Below, piece by piece: positions 25,701 to 36,300 of a stretch of 64,000 nucleotides of DNA. This DNA comes from Podarcis bocagei. Its lineage: Eukaryota. The DNA lies in assembly GCA_964188305.1 (NCBI GenBank), contig OZ076886.1; one strand, given 5' to 3'. A model generated the notes under the pieces. It searched no databases, was not told where the DNA came from, and worked only from the letters and a program-made list of their open reading frames with translations. Position 1 is the first letter of the stretch, and every line of letters starts with the position of its first letter. The position numbers and the translations under genes were made by a program.

Positions 25701-27187
25701 TGTTTTTTTAAACTTTTTTTTGTTTTGTTATTTCATTGCATAGAACATTAGACATGAGAATCATTTTGCTGTTACCCACGGTGAATGGAAGCTCCTATGG
25801 GTCACACCAATGAATTGTTGCTCTTGAGCATGCTCAGTGTGGACGAGAGACGGGCAGGAAACAGACAGCGCAGACAAATGGGAGCCAGAGCATCCATACA
25901 CTTGCTGGATTCTTTACAGCAAAGGAAAAGAGGAGCCGTTTCACAGGGTTTTCTTTCGGCTCTCGCGGGTAACAGTGCCAGGAGCTCCTCGCCAGCAGGT
26001 TCAGCAACATCCTGCCCCCAGGGAGCTCCTCCGTCGTTCTGAGCATGCCCACTGGTAATGGCTTAAGAAGGACTTGAATTGCACAGTAGTAGTAGGAAGG
26101 AGGATGGCAGAGGCAAGCTCTCCTGATCTCATCACACTGGATTGTGCTCTTTTTTGTAGCCTTCTGCACTCTATTGCTTCTACCGACAACAGTCCATGTG
26201 CTAACGCAGGACAAAGCAAAGAGGAAAAACAGTATGTTCGATACAAAGTAAAAAACAAAAACTGAGAACAAAAAAGAACCTCACAAAAAAAAGAAAAAAA
26301 AAGAAAATTTAAAATAAATCCAAACCCCCAGTTGCTGGGTGCTGATGAGGTATACGCATAAATAAAAGTGGAATGATTAAGGCTGTTTTTGAAATAAAAA
26401 TAATCCCCAGGCATACATAAAACAATGCACAACACTAACAACGGAAAGCACTGCCATTTGAATGCTTTAGAATGGCTTCAGGATGGCTTTGGGGTGGCTG
26501 ATAGACATGCCTGGCCAGCATTTGCTTCAGTCAATAGTCAGCCAGTTTGCACTGCCTTTCAGAGTCCTATGGCCTCTTATCTCAGTGGTGAAACAGTGTT
26601 AGGTCCTAGTCAAAGTTCTCTTCATCCCATGCTTTCCATTGCAGGGAGGATGAGAGGGAACAAACACTGTGCAGGCGGAGCGACCGACAGGGCAAACTGG
26701 AATGTGAAGAGCAGAGCCTCCAGCTCCCAGCCCTCAACTCAAGCACATCTTGGAGAGTGGGAAAAACCTATGAAGAGTTAAAATTCAGTAAGAGAGAAAA
26801 CTCTGCGTATAATCTCAAGAAAGGGCCATGGCTCCCAACATTAGACCTTAGGCACAAATGGAACCACCGCAGTGAGTAGTCTCTGGAGCCCCAGACATCC
26901 CCTCCAAGATCAGGGAAGTGGCCAGTCTGTGTGACAAGCTGGGACCGGGCCATGTTCTGTAAACGTCTTTTATGTACATCTTCTCAGACTAAGCATCTGC
27001 CTTCACCCCTTGGGGCTCATGCGATGAACACCGTGGAGTTGACAGCAGGCGGCTTCTGAAAGCCTTTTGCGACAGTTGGCTCAGATGTCCTCAAGGAGCT
27101 TCTTATGGGATCCACTGGCAAATGTCTCCGTAAAGATCTTTTCCGCCTTCCATCTCGCAGCCTAGTGGTTTTCCATGGTTTCAAAAG
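22770..27187 (-). other. BSN: BSN terminal 3'UTR exon (about 4.4 kb)
   Basis: ttctctcttttgtctcatcaag acceptor at 27187; repeat-poor; ends TGTAAATATTTGTACAG...AATAAA (22796-22801) and ATTAAA (22785-22790). Confidence 0.7.
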
Positions 27188-27654
27188 CTTGATGAGACAA
27201 AAGAGAGAATCAGAAATATTCTATTTACAAGAGGTCATTCACAGAAACACAATTTCTTGCCATGCCATGGTTTGGCACAAATTTTCCTGATCCTCTCTGG
27301 ATATTCACTCACAGCACCACCCGAGAAAGCTCTGCTGTACTGTACTGTTTATGGCTGCAGTGTGCCTCTCTCATTTCTCAAAACCAAAGCACAAAAGCAA
27401 CCCAAAGAACTAGCCAGAAAAGACCACCAATCAAAGAGCATGAACAGTTTACATAATGACATTAGCTGCCCACGCTTACTGAGATGCAACCGTTTCATAC
27501 TGGGGTTGTCTAAAACTGAGGATTGAAAGAGCCAGCACTTTCCCCAAAGAGATTTGTTGTTTGCTTTCACCTCTCCACTCAAACCCGGGGGCAGACCTGG
27601 CTCATACTGCAATGTACAGACTGAGGCAGCAAGTGTAAGAAGCTACCCACTTAC

Positions 27655-27719
27655 CTCAGCTGGGATAAGTTCAATTTCCCCCTCAAATCAAAAAGCATGC
27701 AGTCCTTTCAGTGAGCTCT
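27655..27719 (-). other. BSN: BSN non-coding 3'UTR exon (65 nt)
   Basis: tttttgtccattttag acceptor and GAG|GTAAGT consensus donor. Confidence 0.7.
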
Positions 27720-28968
27720 CTAAAATGGACAAAAACACAGACAGGGCCATGAAAGGAGATAGTGCTGTAAGTGGCAAAGCTCTGAGCACACCCAGGGGAT
27801 GGAATCAGCTGGACAAAAATGTTCTCTGCTTGTGGCTCAGGGCTGTGGCCCTGGGACCTATGCAGGCTTGTGCTGCTACCCACATTCTGGAGCTGCCATG
27901 GGTCTCTCTGCCTCTTCCCCTCATTTCAACTCTTCCCAAGGTAAGAGTGTTCTGCATATGGCACACTGGCTTTCCTGGTGGAACTTAGCACAGCACTGCA
28001 CAAAACAGGCTCTTTCCCCTCCCGCTTCCAGATGAGCTGCTGTGTTCTATTGATAGAGCAAAGAGAAAGGATTGTTGTCTGCTGCCTGCAGTGAGAGGAC
28101 TGCTAATAACAGCTGCTTTCCCCAAAACAGTCACTGCAATATTGTGCTGAGCGAAGCGGTATTTCTTAGTCAAAATAAGCAGCAAAAAGCAAATATCCTC
28201 ACTCATGCCTTCTTCTTATGCTCCCCGTTATCCATTTTACATCTGGATTGCTGGTCTGGGGGCTTAATTCTTTAAGGCTGTGGCTGACAGAATAAATTTT
28301 ATGCCACAGCAAAGCCATTTTGATGCCTTACCATTACAGACAACAGAGTTAAGCACCAAACAAATGGGACACATTTCTACAGTTGGTTCCAGACAATCTA
28401 TTTACTGGCCATTCATCCTGATTTGTTTGCAAAGCGTTTGCGGGGACAACACCAGTTATTTATGGAGCATCCATACTGATTTGTTTGCAGGGAGGTTTTA
28501 TGACATTGTGCCAACTACGTGTTATCCCACACCTTAATTTTCTTGCTTCCTCTATCACAGTAGCAGAGTTCACCCAGTTGGGTGCAGCTGCAACATCCTG
28601 GCAGGTGTGTCACTGCTGCTTAATGTGAGGAGGAAGAAGGGGAAAGAGGAGATGGCGGGGAGGCTGGTGTGGCATGGTTACCATGGCAGGAGCAAAGGAA
28701 TAGCCCCACTGTTGAGCCCACACCATCCTAGCCTCCCTCTTGCCTAGTCCCTCTTGCTCCTGGTTAAGCAGCAGAGGCACTGCTGCAAGGAAGTTAGCGC
28801 TGCAACTCTGCTGTAGCAGGCGACCTGCTGTTTTGCTCCATCATGCTTTATCATCTCTTTTCCCCCGCCACGGCTGTCCCCAGACATGCTGTCCTCTGTG
28901 TCTAGAACATCTTCCCGCTGTATGTAAGAGTATTTAGTGCCTCAGCCTCCTTTAAGCCCTTCTTCTTT

Positions 28969-29095
28969 AGAATCATAGTGTAGAGTTGGAAGGGGCCCTC
29001 AGCGTCATCTAGTCCAATGCAGGAATGTCAGCTAAAGCATCATGACTGATGGCCATCCAACCTCTGCTTAAAAACCTCTAAGGAAGGAGATTCCT
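28969..29095 (-). mobile_element. CR1 LINE 3' terminal fragment
   Basis: agaatcatag...agagttggaagggg...ccatccaacctctgcttaaaaacctc is the reverse CR1 tail (ATTCT). Confidence 0.75.
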
Positions 29096-29115
29096 TTAAC
29101 ATGGCCTTTCCCAAA

Positions 29116-29379
29116 CTCAGATGGTTAAGAGCAGGCTTCCTCAACCTCGGACCTCCATATGTTTTGAGACTACAATTCCCATCATCCCTGACCACTGGTC
29201 CTGCTAGCTAGGGATCATGGGAGTTGTAGGCCAAAAACATCTGGAGGGCCGAGGTTGAGGAAGCCTGGTTAAGAGTGTGGTGCTGATAACGCCAATGCTG
29301 GTAAGGGCCAGCTGCATATTCCTGCATTGCAGGGTGTTAGACTAGATGATCCTCAGGATCCCTCCAACTCTATGATTCT
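29116..29379 (+). mobile_element. tRNA-head/CR1-tail SINE interrupted by a MITE
   Basis: ctcagatggttaagag/tgtggtgctgataacgccaa head and ccaactctatgattct tail. Confidence 0.7.
29132..29267. mobile_element. hAT MITE (palindromic, 136 bp)
   Basis: TIR CAGGCTTCCTCAACCTCGG, perfect 8-bp TSD GTTAAGAG. Confidence 0.92.
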
Positions 29380-29784
29380 TTGAAACCATCCTAGCCACAC
29401 CGACCTGCACCTTCATTTCCTCCTCCGTGTCAGTCCCTGCCTTCCCCTGCCCCCACTAGCTATATCCACCTAATACAGACTGTAAGGTCTGAATGGGGAC
29501 TGTCTCTTTTCTCTAAGTCTGTACAGTGTGTAGCATGCTGTGGACATTAAACAAACATTTAGCAGCAACAGGATATACTCTTGACTGGAAGTGGCACGGC
29601 TTACCTAAACTATCAGGCAAATTGCCATAAGCTAAGCAGGATATCATATGACTAGGTAAAAGAAATATCTTCTCTGGGCTTTGTATCTTGGGGGCCATCA
29701 CTGAGCCTTGATGAAAGCCAAGTATCCGATCTCATCCACATCCTCAGAAGAATGTAGGAATGGAGGCAATGAGGTGACACTCAC

Positions 29785-29883
29785 TGTTATACTCAGAGTC
29801 TGGTGCGGCAGACTGAATTCCAATGGATTCTTCATAGGTTTTTCCAGTGCAATGATGAGATCTCCATTTATTCTCCCAAACTC
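29785..29883 (-). other. BSN: Candidate BSN 99-nt exon downstream of the stop exon
   Basis: Long polypyrimidine tract (ctttttcttgtgtctctccatcaccccggcag) and ACA|GTGAGT donor. Confidence 0.6.
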
Positions 29884-30300
29884 CTGCCGGGGTGATGGAG
29901 AGACACAAGAAAAAGATATGGCTATTAGGAAAGAATCATATACATGTGCAGAAAAAAAGAAAAATGTCAGAGTAACTGAAGGGGGCGCTTGGATTAACAG
30001 AGCAATAGGTTAGCTCTGATGTTAGGGTGCTGCAGCAATGAAAGGCGCCTGTTGAGGGACAGAAGTTGAACCAAGCTATTAAACAGGAAATTACGCCAGG
30101 ACCTCTTTCGATGGCAATGGCCAGAGAAGATGAAATGTATCAGGAGCTTTGCTTGGCAGCTGTAATGTCATTGGGGGTTGTGTATATATACTTTGTTGGA
30201 AGCCACCCAGAATGGCTGGGACAGCCCAGTCAGATGTGTGGGGTACAAGAAATAAATTATTATTACCACAACAAAAAGTGACTCACCCAGCGATGTTCTC

Positions 30301-30341
30301 TCACCAAAATGATGTGAATTTCTTGCCAAAAGCTGACACAG
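30301..30341 (-). CDS. BSN: BSN last coding exon (equivalent to exon 10)
   Basis: cccatag|AVSAFGKKFTSFW-TGA; the exon continues 14 nt to a GTGAGT donor at 30286. Confidence 0.94.
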
Positions 30342-33300
30342 CTATGGGAGTAAAGGTAAGAGAAATAAATGTCATCAGGATATGTTGTACCAAAGACTGA
30401 CTGAATCTTTTCCCCACTCACCTCTTTCCCACTGAATCTTCAGTTTTTAGGGCCCTTCTTCTATTTCACAAGAGCCCCTCCTCCATATTATCAGCCTTCA
30501 CATTGCCAGTCCTGTTATCACCCTCTGTCCCCACATCTCTGTTTGTGACACAGGAAGGGACTATGGCTACGTGCTTTGCATGTAGAAGGAAAGTCACTTC
30601 CTGGCATTTCAAGTAAAAAAGGATCTCCCAACAGAAGGGTTGGCCTGAGCTGATAGAAAGCTGCTGCTGGCCACTGGGATAAGGCAATTCTATTTTAACC
30701 CTTAGTGATCCTTATCATCAAGTGAGCACTTATGGCCTGCTGTGTTGATGGCCTGCTATGCTAACGTGGCTTTTTCCTTCAGTGTTCTACCACCCAATCC
30801 CCATTTTCTTTATTTTGATTTCGTCTTCACAGCTTTTACTTTTCTTGCTGGCTTCTTATTTCTTGTATTCTCACATAGGTGTAAACTAGAACAAGGGCTG
30901 TGGCTCAGCAGTGGAGCATCAGCTGTGAGTGCAGAAGGTCCCAGGTTCAGATTTCTGCCTGCTCCGGAGAGGCCTGAGGGAGACTCATGCCTGAAATCCC
31001 AGAGAGACACCACCAGCCAGTGTAGATAACACTGAGCTAGACGGACCAGTGGTCTGAATTAGCAGTTGCCCTGTAGTTCTGCCATTTGTCCTGCAGGAAG
31101 TGTTGAACAAATCCACCTGTGCAAGCATGAAGACAGGTGAGCTGTCTCCAGGAGCAAATCCCGCATGCTTTGACACGGGGCATCCAAGAAAGATGTCTCT
31201 GAAACCTCTCACCTTCTGTCAATTTGCCTGCTTGTTCTGCTGCCCCTCCTGGCAGGATTTTGGAGAAGACGCTCTCTCCCTCAGCTCCTGGCAGTCCAGT
31301 CGCTGCCCCTGCCGAAGTGGGAGCACCTGCTGGTTTGGAACCTATCTTAATGCCTGTTGGAGAGAAAGAAATTGATTTGTATGGATTTATTTAGCTGCAT
31401 ATATGCATTTATTTAAATATATATCCTCCTATATCACCAAGGGTAGGTCCAACTGGCAATTTGCACATACCCCTGCCCCATATTCATAGGCCATAACCAA
31501 TCTCTGTCTAACCACCTTCACCAGAAAATGATGGCCACACTATTTCTAAGAGTGTTAACCAAGATGCACAATGTGTTGGTGAGATATCAGTATGACAGGC
31601 ACAAGAAACGACTAAAACTTCTTGGTGAAAAAAGTATTTTAAATTGAAGCTGAATGATGAGAGAACTCAACTTACAGTCATTTCCCCAATTGGTTAATGA
31701 GACAGGAGTGGGAAGCCTTTTATTTTTGACAGCTATGCAAAGCGAACCTATTGTACCCTATGTGGAATGAAGCTGGAAGCTGCTTTGGGGCATTCTACTT
31801 ATGTTTATCTTTTCTAAGATAAACAGAATACTAGTTTCAAGTGAATTAATTCTACGCTGACAGGCCTAGACTCTGGGGCCAGCCATGGCTAAATGACCTA
31901 AAGCATTTGCCTTCTTAATCTCAGGTAGGACATCCCTCCCCACCCACAGTAATTGGTCTTGGAACTCCCTTTGACTTCAATCTAATCATCCCTCAGAGAG
32001 ATCTGAGCCTACTGAACTACTGGTGCTGCCTCCCTTTTTAAGGAAAACACATACAATTGCAGGTGCTGGAAAGGAGATACTGACCTCCTGCTGCTGCTCC
32101 CAGTGGCTGTGTTTGGGGTGCTTTCCCCACCTGTGGCACTTTTGTGGTAGGTTTGGATGCATCCATCTGCTCTGCTTTAGACTGTAATATAGCAAACAGT
32201 GATTTATGTATTTATTTAATGCAAATGAGAATGAATAATGGTAAAATGAAGCCCATCTCCTGGGGTCTTTCTCTTAGCCTTCTTCCTAGAGTTTAACTGC
32301 CAGGTCACCCTGGCTGTCTCACAGCAATCCTTATCCACCCACCCTATTCTCCACCAGATACTCCCCATCCTCTAGGATTCCTGAGGTACTGCCTGTGATC
32401 TCCATCAAGAAAGCTACATATACAAAGGCAATTCCCTTAAGTGCACTCCTTTCCTTTCCTCTTCCCTCCCTTCTTCTTTGTCTGTGTCCAAATTGCCCCC
32501 TCTATAACTTACTGCAGCCTATTGTTAGTTCCATGAACCTCCTCTCTGCTGGGAAGACTCCATTCTCCACAGCGACCTAGACTGTACAATGCACAGTCCA
32601 TCTTGCTTTGACATTCTAAGGTGAGGCAATCCCAGCGCGACTCCTGTACTGTAGAACAGGCCATCGCTTAGCCCAGCCCTCTCACCTGACATGGGGCAAA
32701 ACAAGCTGTCATCAGCTCTGACCTACTGCATAACTGACCCCAAGCAAAGGCACATAGGTACTTACTGGTCCCGCTGGGTGAGTGCCAGGTTGTGCTTGGA
32801 GGGCAGATTGGGGTTTGCCTGCTGGCTGGGCTTGGCCAGGCTGTTGTTGGGCTGGCCGTGAGGAGGGCTGGGCTTGGGTTCCTGCTGGCGGTGGCTGCTG
32901 CTGCTGCTGCTGCACCCTAGCTTGCTGTTGCTGTTGCTGAGAAGATTGTTGCGAGGGAGCTGCTTGCTGCTGCTGCTGCTGCTGCTGTCTGCTCGACGGC
33001 TGCTGCTGCCTGGATGACGGCTGCTGCTGCTGCTGCTGCTGCTGCCCAACTTGCTGCTGCCTCGCTTGCTGCTGCTGTTGGTGCGAAAGAGGCTCCGATT
33101 TTGGCTGCTGAGATGGCGGCCCATGTTGCACCTGCCTCTGCGATTTTTGGGACTCTGAGGTATGATGGTAGCCCGACGGCTGCCGAGACTGCTGGGAGTA
33201 CTCTGAGGAGCTGGAAGGATAACCTGGCTGCGCTCTTATATCGGCCTGCTGAGCCTTCTTCTGGGAAGAGGGCTGCCCATGTCCGCGTGACTCGTGGCGG

Positions 33301-36300
33301 CCAGCATCTCTTGGATGTTGCCTGGATGACCTCTTTGGCAGGTCATCGGTGGAGTGCCGGGAGGAGGACGAATGCCTCCCGTAGTCTCCATGGTGCCTGT
33401 GTTCTTTGGAAGAGGAGTGCCGCGGGTGAGAGTAGTCATCGTGATGCCACATGTCTTCATCCGGGGGCTCGTCATAGTCGTGATAGGTGTGCTTAACTGG
33501 ACCCCTCCTTTGGGAGGATGAGGAGTGGCCACCATAATGCCTCATCCTCTCCGAACGAGGTTCCCTCGGCTTATCAAACCAGTCTGTCTCCTCCTGACCC
33601 AAGTGATAGGCTTCAGAAACCAAAAACAAATCACAGTCAATCCCCTCATCCACAGTTGGGAATGTACCCCAGGATGAAGCCATGCAATGGATTAAAAGAA
33701 AGCAAGGAACCGATCGCATGCACACAGGATATGCCACAGTAGCCGCTCGGGAAATAGATATCTATAAATAAACAGGAATCATAGCACAGTATCACACTGA
33801 ACAAGCAGTGAGCAGAGCACCAGTAGGACATGCAGAGTGCAGCATGCTAACACAGAACCACCAAAACAGAAAGCAAAATGCGGGAGAAAGGCACCTGGCA
33901 AGGAAACGGAGGCTGTGGTATTGTCCTTGCAAATATGACCCGCTTGGGCATGCTCTGGGGTTAAGTTACCACAGGTAGCCATTACCTTCACTGTCTGAAA
34001 CAACACAGTGTGAATCATCCATGATGTAACCTTCCTCATGCTTGTAAGAGTGGGTTCTTGGCACATCTTTGATATGTTCTTGTACATCAGGCAATGAGTG
34101 ACTGGAGCAGAACTGAGAGCAGCTGTCCCCAGCAGACTGAGGGAGAGGCCCACCCGAGGACCGTGATACGCCCATGGACTTCCCCAACGGACTGATGGGG
34201 CTCTCTTCTTCTGAGGTTTGTGTGCGAATTGGAGGTCGCCCGCGACTTTGACTCATGCTAAGGGAAGAAGGTTTGGAACTGCCTCTCTGAGGCCTCTCCA
34301 TGCTCTCTCTCTCGTAGGACCTGCTCCTGATCTCGCGGCTTGACATTCTCTCCGACACATAACCAGACGATCTGGATCGCCCGCCACTGTATGCCCTGTC
34401 ATCTTCTTCCATCGTATCCCTGGCAGACCCACCATAGTACTTCTGCTGTTCATAGACATTCTTTTTGAGGCCGTATGTGATGTCGTCTTGCATCTTCTTT
34501 GCTCTGGATGCCACACTGCTGCTGCTGACTGACGTGGTTGCTGGGTAAGAGGCCAGGTCTGATTCCACATCTCTCGCTTCTTCTATAGGGGAGAATTTTG
34601 AGATCTTCTGTTCCATACCTTGTTTCCGGTGCTTGCTGCGTTTGGAAGAGATGACAGCTGGGGCCAAGTTTTTGGAAGAGTGCTTCTGCACTCCCATGGT
34701 GGACCCAGGCTTGTCTGGGCGAGTGGAGTGCCTGTAATCACTGTCCCCGTAGTAGTAGGAGCCGGAGCTACCCGACATCCTCCCATTGCTCTCTGGGCCC
34801 CTATGGTAGCCTCTCCCACGATGGTCAGGGCCGTGGTGATCATACATGTCCTCCTCTGACTCTTCTCCCTTTGGGTAGCAACAAGGCCTGCTGGAGACAT
34901 CTGTGTCTGTGAAGTCACTCTTTTCTTTCATATATCGCCCATTGCTGCTCTGCAACTGCGAATCTCCCTTTTGGCCCTCTGCTGAGGTGCTTTCTTTGGT
35001 TAGTTCACTGATGTCATCAATCATTACATAGTTCCGAGGAATGTTCTGCTCCAGGTTTGTGTAGAGGGAGTCAGAGGAATAGCTGGTCGAGGGACTTTGA
35101 GCTACACTGCTCCTGTCCACCAGCCTTCCTTCTGGCGGCTTGTACTGGTCGTAGCTGCTGGTCACAGTTGTGGTGCTGTACGTCACTTCTGGAGTTGCGG
35201 CTGAGATGACCACAGTGGGGTTGCCTATTACTTCATAATTGGTGGGCATCTTCTGCTCGAGGTCAGCTAGCGATGTCTGCCGCGGTTTCTGGGAGGTGGT
35301 GTGTGTGTCCGCATGGGTCTGGAAAAGAGCGCTCTGTGCTGGCTGAGGTGTCTGACTGGGATACGTGGTCTGTGCTTGGTAAGGTGGCCGGAAGCCTTGG
35401 TGACTTTGCAGAACCTGTTCAGACTGATACCTGGTGCTTGGAGTAAAGCTGTGACTCTGGTATGTCGTTTGGGAAGGGTAGGCCGGCATCTGGCTTGCTT
35501 GGAATCCGTTCTGTGCAGGGACATTGCTTGCTGAGGGGTAGTGTGGAGGCTGAAACCTTGCTTGCTGGAATGCGGCTGGGGCTGGTGGGGCAGCTTGTCC
35601 TGAGGAGTACTGATATGGGGTGTAAGAGGAGGCTGATGTGTACTGTGCACTGGAAAAGTCAGCGTATTGATTGGAAGGGGCAGTACTAGGCCTGGTCAGA
35701 CTCTCATAGCCAGAGAGTCGTAGGTTGTTGAGCTCACTGTCAGACATATAATCCCTGTTTTCCCCCAAGCATCTCAGGTAGGGATAGTCACGGACGTTTC
35801 GGTCCTTCAGCAAAGACTCTTTTCTCTGCGTAATCCCCAGTTCCAAGTACTTGAGTTTGGCATCAATCTCCTTTTCTTCTTCATCAAGCTCAGCCTGTTT
35901 CTTCCGCAGCTTTGTGGACTCGTGCTCCACTAGCTTCAAGTCGCGGTCAATGTCTTTGAGGAGGCTGGCCTTCGTCACCTGAATGGCTGGCCCTGCCACT
36001 CCCTTCTGCATGAGGCCCGGCATGTACATCTGTGAGTGAGCTTGGCTGGCCAGAGGGAGATGAGCTTCTTCTGGTGGGGGGCTAGGCAGTGTCCGCTTCA
36101 CTTTCCGAATGAGGGTGTTTGACTGCAGGGTTGAAATCTAGAAGGTAATGGGAAGCTTAATTTAGATAGCAGGTAACCATGTGTGTGAAAGAACACATTT
36201 CCATTTTTAGTTACCAGGTGGGTGTATTACTCAACAGTGGCCCACACTTCTGGGGTTCCTATCTTCTAAGGCAGGCCCATTATATATATCTCATATTTTA

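Noticed and set aside
30895-30960. tRNA-like A/B boxes, also near 36720 and 42910
   Set aside because: SINE heads continuing into SINE bodies, with no intact cloverleaf
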